DNA from: an uncultured Bacteroidales bacterium
GTDB taxonomy: Bacteria; Bacteroidota; Bacteroidia; Bacteroidales; WCHB1-69
Length of the DNA stretch: 64,000 nt
Assembly (NCBI GenBank): GCA_905233585.1
Contig: CAJOFD010000009.1
Location: 2,136-66,135, forward strand
Direction of reading: 5' to 3'
Part shown: positions 10,888-20,629 of the stretch, one piece after another
How the letters are laid out: each line of letters starts with the position of its first letter
Position numbering within the stretch: the stretch's first letter is position 1
Program-made: the position numbers and the translations under genes
The notes under the pieces: model-generated
The model's input: only the letters and a program-made list of their open reading frames with translations
The model's database searches: none
Told to the model about the DNA's origin: nothing

Positions 10888-11955
10888 ATGAATAAAGACA
10901 GATATATTATTTCAGGTATCCAACAAATGGGTGTTGGCGTTCCTGATGTTTACACGGCATGGCAATGGTACAAAGAACATTTTGGCGTTTGTCTGAAATT
11001 GTTTGACGAAAAGGCTATTGCCGACATTATGGCTCCTTACATGGGCGGAGCCGAGCGGGAAAGACATGCTATTTTGGCTATCAACCTGCAAGGTGGCGGC
11101 GGCTTTGAAATTTGGCAGCATTTAAGTCACGCCCCCAATCCGGCAAAGTTTGATATCCTACCGGGAGATTTGGGCATTTTTGCCTGCAAAATAAAGAGTA
11201 AAAATGTGGAAGAAAGTTACAGCCTATTGAAAGCAAAACAGGCAGACCTGAGTCCGATTTTTAAAGATTTTGACGATAAACCGATGTTCTATCTCCGCGA
11301 CCCTTATAAAAATCTGTTCCAGATAGTACAAGGCGACAACGATTGGTTTATGGACAGAAAACGCCATTGCGGAGGTGTTTACGGTGGTCTTGTCGGGACG
11401 CAAAATATGGAAGAATCCATGCGGTTTTACAAAGAAATATTGGGTTACGATGTTGTCTTGAGCGACCAAACCGCCACTTTTGACGATTTTGCCCATTTGG
11501 GTACCCCCAATCGTTTCAGAAGAGTGGTGCTGACACACAGTCAGCCCCGCCAAGGTTCTTTCTCCAAGATTTTTGCCAACTCGCAAATCGAACTCGTGCA
11601 AGCCATGGACAGAACAGATATTCATAAGATTTTCGATGGAAGAATGTGGGGCGACATAGGCTTTATACAACTCTGTTTTGACATCACCAATATGGACGCT
11701 TTGGAACAACATTGTGCAAAAGTGGGGTTCCCCTTTACGATAGACAGCCGCAAAAAAGCAGGTAAGTTTGATATGGGCGAAGCAACAGGGCATTTTGCCT
11801 ACAACGAAGACCCTGCCGGTACACTCATCGAATATGTCGAAACGGAAAAAATACCCCTGCTGAAAAAATTGGGCATTTATCTTAATTTGAAAAAATTCAA
11901 CAGAGAAAAACCCTTGCCCGATTGTTTGGTTAAACTACTTCGTTTTATGGAATAA
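10888..11955 (+). CDS. VOC/glyoxalase-superfamily protein (two VOC domains)
   Basis: GIQQMGVGVPD, DPYKNLFQI and EDPAGTLIEYVE motifs; TATCTTTG promoter at 10856-10863 places the start at 10888. Confidence 0.8.
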   Translation: MNKDRYIISGIQQMGVGVPDVYTAWQWYKEHFGVCLKLFDEKAIADIMAPYMGGAERERHAILAINLQGGGGFEIWQHLSHAPNPAKFDILPGDLGIFACKIKSKNVEESYSLLKAKQADLSPIFKDFDDKPMFYLRDPYKNLFQIVQGDNDWFMDRKRHCGGVYGGLVGTQNMEESMRFYKEILGYDVVLSDQTATFDDFAHLGTPNRFRRVVLTHSQPRQGSFSKIFANSQIELVQAMDRTDIHKIFDGRMWGDIGFIQLCFDITNMDALEQHCAKVGFPFTIDSRKKAGKFDMGEATGHFAYNEDPAGTLIEYVETEKIPLLKKLGIYLNLKKFNREKPLPDCLVKLLRFME

Positions 11956-12740
11956 TGATGGAAACACGTTGGGCATTGGTAACGGGCGGCAGCTCAGGTA
12001 TAGGCGCTGCATATGCTGAAGAATTGGCAAAACGCGGCTATGCCATATTGATTGTAAGCAATCAGCCAGCGGAAACGGAGGCAAAGGCCAAACTTCTGCA
12101 CGATTTGTATGCCATAGAAACAAAAATATTGGTCATGGACTTGGCCAAAGCGGAATCCGCCAAAGAGGTGTTCGATTTTTGTCAGACACAACATTTGACA
12201 ATAGAGGTCTTGGTGAACAATGCGGGAATGTTTTTCTGGAGTTCGCTCACCAAGGTGGCTGACAGTACCGTTGCAAAGATGTTGCAACTGCATCTTACAA
12301 CGCCGACCATGTTGTGCTATTATTTCGGCAAACAAATGCAGGAGCGGGGACGGGGATATATACTCAATGCAACCTCTATATGCGCGTGGATGGCTTTCCC
12401 GACCTTGGCAATGTATACCAGTACGAAAAACTACCTCAAACAATTTTCCTATGCGATACATTATGAAATGAAACAATATGGTGTCAATGTCTGCCATGTG
12501 GCTCCCGGTGCTGTTGATACCGGTTTGTACAATCTGTCCGCGGCAAAAAGAAAGCAACTGCTGAAATGGCACCTTATGCACACCCCCAACCTTATAGCCC
12601 GAAAGGGCTTGAAGGGTTTGTTCGGCGGACGGAAAAGAGTGGTGCCCGGGGCTTTTAATTATCTTGTTGTTCTTTTGGTAAAAATATGTCCCTTGTTTAT
12701 TGTAAATAGCATTCGAAAACGATTCTTTAAGCAATTGTAG
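11955..12740 (+). CDS. Short-chain dehydrogenase/reductase (SDR)
   Basis: TGGSSGIG, NNAG and YxxxK (YTSTK) motifs; start overlaps the VOC stop codon. Confidence 0.9.
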   Translation: MMETRWALVTGGSSGIGAAYAEELAKRGYAILIVSNQPAETEAKAKLLHDLYAIETKILVMDLAKAESAKEVFDFCQTQHLTIEVLVNNAGMFFWSSLTKVADSTVAKMLQLHLTTPTMLCYYFGKQMQERGRGYILNATSICAWMAFPTLAMYTSTKNYLKQFSYAIHYEMKQYGVNVCHVAPGAVDTGLYNLSAAKRKQLLKWHLMHTPNLIARKGLKGLFGGRKRVVPGAFNYLVVLLVKICPLFIVNSIRKRFFKQL

Positions 12741-13051
12741 CATATTATTTTACGAATTTGACAAAGAGTAATATCGTATTTTATTGTTTATAAGTGATTT
12801 TCGTTTTCTATTGTGAGTTTTTTTGAGGAATCACCACAGAAAGTGTAAACAAAGCATATTGTTAGTACATGATGATAAAAATATTTTTCTGCATTTTTTG
12901 TTCTATATTAACTTCTCAATTGTAATTTTTTTGCTTGTAGTTTAAAACTACCATCACTACCAATTTTGACTTTATTTTGTAAAAGATAATAATTTTTTTA
13001 ATGCTATTGTCTTTTTTTTGCGATAAGCAGTATTTATACAAGAGTTTGCTC

Positions 13052-13086
13052 AAAAAAAAACAAGGCACTGTTGCCTTGTTTTTTTG
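13052..13086. terminator. Bidirectional intrinsic terminator
   Basis: A-tract-CAAGGCA-CTGT-TGCCTTG-T-tract between convergent genes. Confidence 0.75.
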
Positions 13087-13256
13087 TTTATTCCTCTCTT
13101 TCTGTCTTATTTATAACACGTCCCGGCGATTTGTCAAGTACTTTTTTCCAAAAAACTGTGGGATTATATTACCCTAGTTCAACCTTGATTTCAGCGGTTC
13201 TGTGTAATTTGCGTGGGGGTAATGCTATATTACTTCGTATGCATTACAGCCCAAAA

Positions 13257-13628
13257 TCAGTTCTGACATTTTGTTCCGGTAATGCCTTTTACCTCAATTG
13301 TACTAGAGGGACCTTGAACATAGTCGGAGGGTAATTTGATTTCAATAAGAGTTTCTCCATTAGGTTTGGCTAATTTTTTCCCCGATAAATCAAAGTCCTT
13401 ATAAGTACTTGAGGATTTGTATGATGCATGTACTTTAATGTTTACGGTTACATTTGCGGAAATATCTTGGCTGTCATTTGATACAGCAACCACAATGGTG
13501 TTGTTATCTTTAAAATAATATGAAGTAACCTCAACATTGTCGTTAGAATTTGAAATACGGCAAACTTGAGCACTAACAGAACAAAGCATGCCGACAATAA
13601 TTGTTATCAATAAAAAAGCTTTTTTCAT
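13257..13628 (-). CDS. Hypothetical secreted protein (123 aa)
   Basis: MKKAFLLITIIVGMLCSVSAQ signal peptide; beta-rich mature domain with Cys near both ends. Confidence 0.7.
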   Translation of the reverse strand: MKKAFLLITIIVGMLCSVSAQVCRISNSNDNVEVTSYYFKDNNTIVVAVSNDSQDISANVTVNIKVHASYKSSSTYKDFDLSGKKLAKPNGETLIEIKLPSDYVQGPSSTIEVKGITGTKCQN

Positions 13629-13639
13629 CTCAAAATAAC

Positions 13640-14062
13640 TTAATAGTTAAAGTAATATCTAGAACTTGCATCAATGTAATATTCATAATAAAAGGGGCTT
13701 TGTGAATCATAAGAAGATTCGTCATAACTGTAATTTTTTCTGACTCTATAATAAGACCCATTTCTTTTTACAAAATAATCCCCATTTGATGTTTTGTATA
13801 AATCTGCAGAAGCGGATGCAGAACCATAAGAATGAAAATATTTCAGACTAACAGACCTAACATAAGTGTAATTGTTTGAGGTGCTTGAAGAACTACTTGA
13901 TGAAGAACGATATGTATTTACTTCATCTTTCACATCTTTTGTGATTTGACGTGTGGTTGACACTGCTTCTGCTGCTTTGTTAAGAAAGTTTAAGAAAGAT
14001 TGTGCTTCACCATTCAACGTAAAACATACGCATAAACCTAAGATAAAAAATATCTTTTTCAT
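13640..14062 (-). CDS. Hypothetical secreted protein with Ser linker and Tyr-rich C-terminal domain
   Basis: Start MKKIFFILGLCVCFTLNGEAQ at 14062; TACTTTTG promoter on the minus strand at 14135-14142. Confidence 0.7.
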   Translation of the reverse strand: MKKIFFILGLCVCFTLNGEAQSFLNFLNKAAEAVSTTRQITKDVKDEVNTYRSSSSSSSSTSNNYTYVRSVSLKYFHSYGSASASADLYKTSNGDYFVKRNGSYYRVRKNYSYDESSYDSQSPFYYEYYIDASSRYYFNY

Positions 14063-14214
14063 TATTAAAGCGTCGGTTATATCCCATCGACCCGTCGGTT
14101 TTAATGTTTTATTTAATTTTAAATTTTTCAGATGCAAAAGTATCTTCTATTGGAATTGGAGTGTGAAAAATGCTGTATTTAAAATGGAAACAGTGTCCAA
14201 ATGTGATACAGCCA

Positions 14215-14433
14215 TTAAAGCAAACCATGGTCGGAAATATCCTTGAAAAAATCGTGTTGCAAGGCCTTGGATATGCTTTTTAATAACTCAATATCAATGT
14301 TCTCCTTTTTCAGAATCTTGTGCATATTGGTGCGGGTGGTGTTAATGCGTTCCGCCAGTGCGGTAACGGTAACGCCCTGCTTGTGCATCACCTCTCTGAT
14401 ATGTTGCCCGATATGAAAGTTTTCCTGTTGCAT
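14215..14433 (-). CDS. XRE-family helix-turn-helix protein
   Basis: HIGQHIREVMHKQGVTVTALAERINTTRTNMHKIL...IDIELLKSISKALQHDFF, a typical Bacteroidales small XRE protein. Confidence 0.8.
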   Translation of the reverse strand: MQQENFHIGQHIREVMHKQGVTVTALAERINTTRTNMHKILKKENIDIELLKSISKALQHDFFKDISDHGLL

Positions 14434-14860
14434 TGTGTTTGTTTCTGACAAAAAAATAGCGTGGAACTTCAAATCTTGCCTGACTCTCAGGGATTTCCAA
14501 GCCCTTCACATCCAACAAGTCATTCCACGCCGCAACAAACGGCAATTTGACAACTTATCCTTGATGTGTTTCTTCTTTAAGAAGACTATTTGGAAATTTT
14601 GAGAGTCAAGGATAGCCTCAAACGCTATCTAATCTATATTCTTATTTTATATTTACTTTTATTTCAATGGTTTGTATTTGTTTTTGTTGTTCGTTTTTTG
14701 TGCTACAAAAATACAATATTTTTTTTTCTTTTTGTTTTAGGCTACAAGTCGCTTGTCATTTCAAGGCAGGCTTATCGGTTGTTTGTTTGTGTTTTTCCGT
14801 TCTTTGGGTATTATATAATAATTGGAAAAAAAATGTTATCTTTGCATTCAAATTTCACAG

Positions 14861-15574
14861 ATGAATATTATGGGCAAGAAAATTTATAATTGGACAATTA
14901 TATTTCTATTATTAATAGGAATATTACCTTATGCATATAGCCAAAGAGCAAGTCAGAGAGCTGGTGATATAAAAGAAAAAGGACCGCTGTTTATTACCAG
15001 TTTGTCATTTTCACAGGGTCTTGCCCGTATTCCTTATACTATGGAAGAAGGCGAAAATGCAGAAGGAGTGGACAAACTGAACAAGGGCATTTCCAATATT
15101 GCTATCAACCAATTTTTAGGTTATCAGTTCAATCCCTATATCGCCTTGGGTGTAGGAGTCAATTTTGAATATTGGACAGTAAAAAACGGCTTTGTACCTA
15201 TTTATTTGGATTTGAGAGTAAATATGATGCGGACAAGAATAGCTCCTCACATGTATGTGAATTTGGGCTATGCCAACCGCTGGTTTTTCGATTCCAAGCC
15301 CTACAAGGCATCAAATGGCAATGCTTCGGATTATGTTATACACGGTGCCAAATCCGGTTTGATGGGGGAAATAGGCATGGGTATGAAATTCAATTTTGCC
15401 TATGCCACAGGTCTTAACCTTACCCTGTTCGCCAAATTCCAAGAATCAACTTACAGATATTACAGCAGTGAAGACGGCAGCAAACCGGCTCAAAATATCC
15501 GTCCGATAATGGTCAATACAGACAGACCTTCAATGTATATCTTTTTCGGACTAAAAGCAGGTATATTCTTTTAG
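14861..15574 (+). CDS. Putative outer-membrane beta-barrel protein
   Basis: Signal peptide, alternating beta-strands, C-terminal GLKAGIFF; TATCTTTG at 14837-14844. Confidence 0.7.
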   Translation: MNIMGKKIYNWTIIFLLLIGILPYAYSQRASQRAGDIKEKGPLFITSLSFSQGLARIPYTMEEGENAEGVDKLNKGISNIAINQFLGYQFNPYIALGVGVNFEYWTVKNGFVPIYLDLRVNMMRTRIAPHMYVNLGYANRWFFDSKPYKASNGNASDYVIHGAKSGLMGEIGMGMKFNFAYATGLNLTLFAKFQESTYRYYSSEDGSKPAQNIRPIMVNTDRPSMYIFFGLKAGIFF

Positions 15575-15576
15575 TC

Positions 15577-16287
15577 TCATAGCGTAGTATTTTTCGTGTT
15601 TTCTTGCCTTGAGCAAAAACCTGCAAAATCGCAAAGATAAGGTTTTGTACAATGTTCGCCTTTGGGGACAAGCAGCAACTTATCATCAGTCATTGCTTCA
15701 AACGCCTTGACGATATGTTCTTCCACAAAGTTTTGTTTGTCTATAACAATAGCAGTTACATCGCTTATGCAAACATCTTCTGTGCCGATATTGTCAAGAT
15801 TTGCACCTGTCCGCATGTGGACAATATAAAATTTTTCAGGCTTAAATCCTGCTTGTGTCATCACATAATATTGAAAGGCAGCGTCATTGAGATAGGTGGG
15901 GGTTATTTCAACTGAACTTTTTACCTCATAGGCATACAAAAGATTGTTTTTCTTTTCCAATATATCCAAAATGGTCAATGCAGAATTGTAGCAAAAAGAC
16001 GCTTCATACAAGGTAATGGTATCGTTTTGTAAAAGATAAGCCTCAACATTTTTAGCCGCACGAACAATTGCATGGAAGAAGACGGATTTTGGGGACATAT
16101 CCATACCATTGGGAAACAAATGCCACGCAAGTTTGCCGAATTGTGTCCCTTGCCTGAATCGGCGGAGCAATTCAATAGGGAGCGGGTCTTTTTCTTTGTA
16201 ATAATTTTTGTACAAATACAAAGATTTCAAACATTGCAGGCTACGAATATACGTGCTTTTGGACAATGTTTTGCTTTTGACTATCAT
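15577..16287 (-). CDS. PD-(D/E)xK Cas4/RecB-like nuclease (resembles the N-terminal half of DUF2779 proteins)
   Basis: LSKS...QC at the N-terminus, DIL...YEVKSS catalytic motif, QYYV, C-terminal C-x5-C-x5-C (HCTKPYLCDFAGFC). Confidence 0.65.
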   Translation of the reverse strand: MIVKSKTLSKSTYIRSLQCLKSLYLYKNYYKEKDPLPIELLRRFRQGTQFGKLAWHLFPNGMDMSPKSVFFHAIVRAAKNVEAYLLQNDTITLYEASFCYNSALTILDILEKKNNLLYAYEVKSSVEITPTYLNDAAFQYYVMTQAGFKPEKFYIVHMRTGANLDNIGTEDVCISDVTAIVIDKQNFVEEHIVKAFEAMTDDKLLLVPKGEHCTKPYLCDFAGFCSRQENTKNTTL

Positions 16288-16288
16288 G

Positions 16289-17221
16289 TTAGATTTGGAA
16301 ACGAGGACTGTTGATAATTCGTTTAATTCCTTCTTCCAAAGAACAAAGCGGGCGATTGAGCAATGTTTTCATATTGCTAATATCCGGTAATCTTCTTTGC
16401 ATATCGCCTTCTTTTAATGGCGGCAAAAATACCAATTCCGATTTGGAATCAGTTAATTTGATAATCAAATGAGCCAAATCCAAAATAGAGGTTTCATTGT
16501 TATTGCCGATATTGACTACGTCGTTTACAAAAAGATTGTCATAGGCGGCTTTGCAACAAGCGTCAATATTGTCATCAATATAACAAAACGTTCTTGATTG
16601 AGTGCCATCGCCATAAATGGTTATGGGTTCGTTTTTCAATGCTTTTGCCAACAATTTGGAAATGACAAAATCTTTGGATTGTTTGGGGCCATAAGTGTTG
16701 AAGAATCGGAATATGGTATATTCCAAGCCAAATTCTTTGTGATAGGAACGCAAAAAGGCTTCTCCCGCATTTTTGACAACCGCGTAGGGGACTCTTGAAT
16801 TAAGCGGAGTGCTTATTTCGTTTTGGGGAAAAGTAACCGATTCACCATACACTTCTGACGAAGAGGCAAAAAAGACACGTTTTACATTGGAATTTTTGGC
16901 TAAATTTAATATATTTTTAAATCCGTCCAAATCGTTTAACACCTTGCAAGGATTGGCTTGTGTTCTGTTTACGCCTACAACGGCGGCATAGTGAAAAACA
17001 AAGTCAAACTTATTGGACAACATTACGCCCGAGATATCTCTATAATTGTTGACATCTGCTTTTATGAAAATCCAATTGTCGCTTTTTTGTGGCAGATTTT
17101 CAGCCAATCCTGTAGAGAAATCATCAACGAGTACCAAATAATTTTCTTTGTCTTGCAATAATTTTTCAGCTAAGCAACTTGCAATAAATCCAGCCCCACC
17201 GGTAATTAAAATTTTTCGCAT
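16289..17221 (-). CDS. NAD-dependent nucleotide-sugar epimerase/dehydratase
   Basis: ITGGAGFIA, SSSEVYG, YAVVK and RFFNTYGP motifs. Confidence 0.9.
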   Translation of the reverse strand: MRKILITGGAGFIASCLAEKLLQDKENYLVLVDDFSTGLAENLPQKSDNWIFIKADVNNYRDISGVMLSNKFDFVFHYAAVVGVNRTQANPCKVLNDLDGFKNILNLAKNSNVKRVFFASSSEVYGESVTFPQNEISTPLNSRVPYAVVKNAGEAFLRSYHKEFGLEYTIFRFFNTYGPKQSKDFVISKLLAKALKNEPITIYGDGTQSRTFCYIDDNIDACCKAAYDNLFVNDVVNIGNNNETSILDLAHLIIKLTDSKSELVFLPPLKEGDMQRRLPDISNMKTLLNRPLCSLEEGIKRIINSPRFQI

Positions 17222-17230
17222 TGTCCCGTT

Positions 17231-18097
17231 CTATTTTTTATCTAACAAATTTACAAGATATTGTCCATAACCGCTTTTTAATAGCGGTTGTGCTAATTTT
17301 TCCAATTGTTCTGTAGAGATAAAGCCTTGTTCATAGGCAACTTCTTCTATACAGCCGATCTTCTTGCCTTGTCTGTCTTCTATTACTTGCACATATTGAG
17401 TGGCTTCCAACAGAGAACGGAAAGTTCCTGTATCCAACCATGCGGTGCCTCTGTCCAAGATAGACACTTTCAATTTGCCTTGTGTCAAATAATATTTATT
17501 GACATCGGTAATTTCGTATTCGCCTCTTGCACTGGGTTTAATGTTTTTTGCCACTTCTACAACGGTATTATCATAAAAATACAACCCCGGTACGGCATAG
17601 TTTGATTTTGGATTTTTGGGTTTTTCTTCAATGGAAAGAGCCTTAAATTTTTCGTCAAATTCGACAACTCCGTATCGTTCAGGGTCATTGACATGATAAG
17701 CGAAAACGATGCCGCCTTCCGGATTTACGCAAGTGCGGATATTGTGTTCAAAGCCGCTGCCAGAAAAAATATTGTCTCCCAAAATCAAGCAAACGCTGTC
17801 TTTGCCGATAAATTCTTCACCAAGAACAAAGGCTTGTGCAAGTCCGTTGGGTATTTCTTGTACTTTGTAGGAAAACCGGCAACCCAGACTGGAGCCATCG
17901 CCCAATAGTTTTTCAAAATTAGGCAAATCATGTGGAGTGGAAATAATCAATATTTCGTTGATACCGGCAGACATAAGCACACTTAACGGATAATAAATCA
18001 TAGGTTTGTCATAAATCGGCATCAATTGCTTACTCATTGCCAATGTCAAGGGGTGTAAACGTGTTCCTGCTCCTCCTGCTAAAATAATACCTTTCAT
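17231..18097 (-). CDS. rfbA: Glucose-1-phosphate thymidylyltransferase
   Basis: [16 protein letters not shown]...[16 protein letters not shown]; WLDTGT. Confidence 0.97.
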   Translation of the reverse strand: MKGIILAGGAGTRLHPLTLAMSKQLMPIYDKPMIYYPLSVLMSAGINEILIISTPHDLPNFEKLLGDGSSLGCRFSYKVQEIPNGLAQAFVLGEEFIGKDSVCLILGDNIFSGSGFEHNIRTCVNPEGGIVFAYHVNDPERYGVVEFDEKFKALSIEEKPKNPKSNYAVPGLYFYDNTVVEVAKNIKPSARGEYEITDVNKYYLTQGKLKVSILDRGTAWLDTGTFRSLLEATQYVQVIEDRQGKKIGCIEEVAYEQGFISTEQLEKLAQPLLKSGYGQYLVNLLDKK

Positions 18098-18120
18098 ACT
18101 ATTATCAATCTTTACAAAAA

Positions 18121-19005
18121 TTAGGCATACAATTTATCTATCTTCATTTTGATGTATTTGCGAACGGCAAATAAAGTTGAAAGCCAATTGAGAAGTATGC
18201 CCAAAGCAAACATTACCCCGAACAAAACAGCATAGTACATCGGTTGGCTAAAATCAATAATGGCTTCCAAACTTGGGCGGTTGTAGGCCATATACAATAT
18301 AAATACCATCAAGGCAATGGCCAATACCGAAGCAATAATGCCTTGCACAATGCTGTTGGTGATAAATGGACGGTAGATGGTTCTTCTTTTGGCTCCTACC
18401 AACAACATGCTTTTTATGGTAAAGCGTTTGGCATAGATATACAACCTGATGGTGTTGTTAATTAAAGCGAAAGAGATAATTAACAACAAGCCGCAAATTA
18501 CCAGTAAAACAATACCTATTTTGTGGATATTGTCATTGACATTGTTGATGTAACTTTTTTGATAGCATACATCAGATATGTTTTCCATCAAATTCAGTTC
18601 TTTTTCTATCATTTGCAAACTATCCATAGTGGTATAGTTGGCATTTATTTTCAGTTGAAACGATGGAGGAATAACATCCCCGACAATATCGCGGAAATCA
18701 TGCCCTAACAAATCTATGGTTTCTTGTGTCGCTTGTTCTTTAGACACATATTTCACCGATTTTACATAAGGCTTTTTTTCTAATGTTTGTTGAATATAAG
18801 ATACTTGTCCTTCGGTAATATCAGGCATAAGCATCACCTCAAAACCGATATTTTCTCTGACATTGTCTGCAATGCGTTTGGCATTGATGAGAACAATGCC
18901 CAGCAAGCCGACGATAAACAACACTAAAGTAACACTAATAATGGTAGATAGTACAGAAGATGCTAATCTGTGTTTTGCTATTTTTTCTATTTGTATGGCT
19001 GCCAT
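18121..19005 (-). CDS. ftsX: Cell-division permease-like protein FtsX
   Basis: TM1, periplasmic domain (VKYVSKEQA), LINNTIRL...[12 protein letters not shown]...PF and 3 C-terminal TMs. Confidence 0.9.
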   Translation of the reverse strand: MAAIQIEKIAKHRLASSVLSTIISVTLVLFIVGLLGIVLINAKRIADNVRENIGFEVMLMPDITEGQVSYIQQTLEKKPYVKSVKYVSKEQATQETIDLLGHDFRDIVGDVIPPSFQLKINANYTTMDSLQMIEKELNLMENISDVCYQKSYINNVNDNIHKIGIVLLVICGLLLIISFALINNTIRLYIYAKRFTIKSMLLVGAKRRTIYRPFITNSIVQGIIASVLAIALMVFILYMAYNRPSLEAIIDFSQPMYYAVLFGVMFALGILLNWLSTLFAVRKYIKMKIDKLYA

Positions 19006-19245
19006 AATGCTTTTTATATTTTCTCATTTGCAAAGATAACACAAAAATCAATGCAAATTACATACAATTATATGAAATATTATTTTCCAAAGTCAATATT
19101 TTCAATATTATCAATGGAAAATCTTTTTGTCTTTTTGTTTTTGCCCAACATATCGCAAAAAACTTGTGGGCAAAGCATGTCAAAATGCTAAATATATCTT
19201 TATTTTTTGTACCTTTGTTTGTTTGAATAAATACATATAAAACCG

Positions 19246-20157
19246 ATGGCAAAGATTAAATCTATCACTCGTTATGTCTATCAATATCAACGCAAAGATG
19301 TTTTTGATGACGAACAAATAGAATCAAAAAAGAAAGTTTCTTATACCGAATTTGACCAAAATAGCAATAATATATTGGATATAATTTTTGACAATGCTGG
19401 AAATATCGAAAATCGTGTTGTCAGAGTTTTTGATGCGGAAAATCTGCAAACGGAAGAACATTCGTTTAATGATGAAAGCAATCAAGCCTATGAAAACAAA
19501 TATTATATCTACAACAATCGCATTCTGACCACTTGTAGAATTTCATACGAAGAAGGCGATGAATTTGAAGAACAATATATATCCACTCCAGAAGGGCATT
19601 TGTTGAAAAAAAATATCGTTTATGGAGATGGGGATATGACTACAGAATTGGAATGTACGTGGGAAAACAATCTCATCCAAAGAATAGTGGAATATGATGA
19701 CGATGAACAAGAAAATATTGTAAAATCATATAATTACAATGAAAAAGGACAACTCATTTCCACAATTACTGAAGATAAAATAAATGAAGACAAAACAACA
19801 GAAGAATATTTATATCAAGATGATTTTGTGGTAGAACAAAAGACTTATAATTTGAAAGATATGCTTGTTTCTGTTACCAAAAATATTTATAATGAAAAAA
19901 AACAATTGATTGGGAAAATTGTAGAGACTACATCTCAATATTTGAAATATATTTATTCGTACAACGAACAAGGTCTGCTCAAAAGAGAAAGCCTACTCAA
20001 CAAAGATGATATTGTTTTGTCCGATAAAGAATATCTTTATAATTCAGAAGGATTGGAAACAGAGGTAGTGGTAAGTTCACGTAATATAATCGAAAATGAA
20101 AAGGACGAGATGATACTTACCCAAAAAATTGTGAATGAATATCAATATTGGGACTAA
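19246..20157 (+). CDS. Hypothetical acidic protein with YD/RHS-like beta-hairpin repeats
   Basis: Recurrent Y-x-Y-N-E-x-G-x-L units; no signal peptide. Confidence 0.6.
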   Translation: MAKIKSITRYVYQYQRKDVFDDEQIESKKKVSYTEFDQNSNNILDIIFDNAGNIENRVVRVFDAENLQTEEHSFNDESNQAYENKYYIYNNRILTTCRISYEEGDEFEEQYISTPEGHLLKKNIVYGDGDMTTELECTWENNLIQRIVEYDDDEQENIVKSYNYNEKGQLISTITEDKINEDKTTEEYLYQDDFVVEQKTYNLKDMLVSVTKNIYNEKKQLIGKIVETTSQYLKYIYSYNEQGLLKRESLLNKDDIVLSDKEYLYNSEGLETEVVVSSRNIIENEKDEMILTQKIVNEYQYWD

Positions 20158-20191
20158 TATTTGAATATAAACATATAATAACAAATACAAA

Positions 20192-20623
20192 ATGAAAGAA
20201 ATAGCAATAGCATCCGACCATGCAGGATTTGAAATGAAAGAGTTTTTGAAAGAACAATTGAAGACTGAATGTGTTTTTAAAGATTTTGGTACATTTTCTC
20301 CGGAAAGTATGGACTATCCCGATGTTGCCCACCCCTTGGCACAATCAATTGTCAAAGGCGATTTTCAGGTGGGAATTATACTTTGTGGCTCCGGCAATGG
20401 TGTAAATATGGTTGTGAATAAATATCCGCAAGTGCGTTCTGCTCTTTGTTGGAAAGAAGAACTGGCAATATTGGCAAGACAACACAACAATGCAAATATT
20501 GTGGCCATTCCCGCCCGTTTTATCGAAAAAGAAGAAGCCTTGAGAATAGTTAAAGCGTTTCTTTCTACAGATTTTGAAGGTGGAAGACATCAAAGACGTG
20601 TGGAAAAAATCGCTCCTAAATAA
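20192..20623 (+). CDS. rpiB: Ribose-5-phosphate isomerase B
   Basis: IAIASDHAG, CGSGNG, ARQHNNAN and FEGGRHQRR motifs. Confidence 0.95.
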   Translation: MKEIAIASDHAGFEMKEFLKEQLKTECVFKDFGTFSPESMDYPDVAHPLAQSIVKGDFQVGIILCGSGNGVNMVVNKYPQVRSALCWKEELAILARQHNNANIVAIPARFIEKEEALRIVKAFLSTDFEGGRHQRRVEKIAPK

Positions 20624-20629
20624 ACTTAG

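Noticed and set aside
10662-10895. ORFs 10662..10895 (+) and 10683..10871 (-)
   Set aside because: Translations of the palindromic repeat array that overlap the VOC promoter.
18121-19005. ftsX without adjacent ftsE
   Set aside because: Unlinked ftsE and ftsX are ordinary in Bacteroidota.
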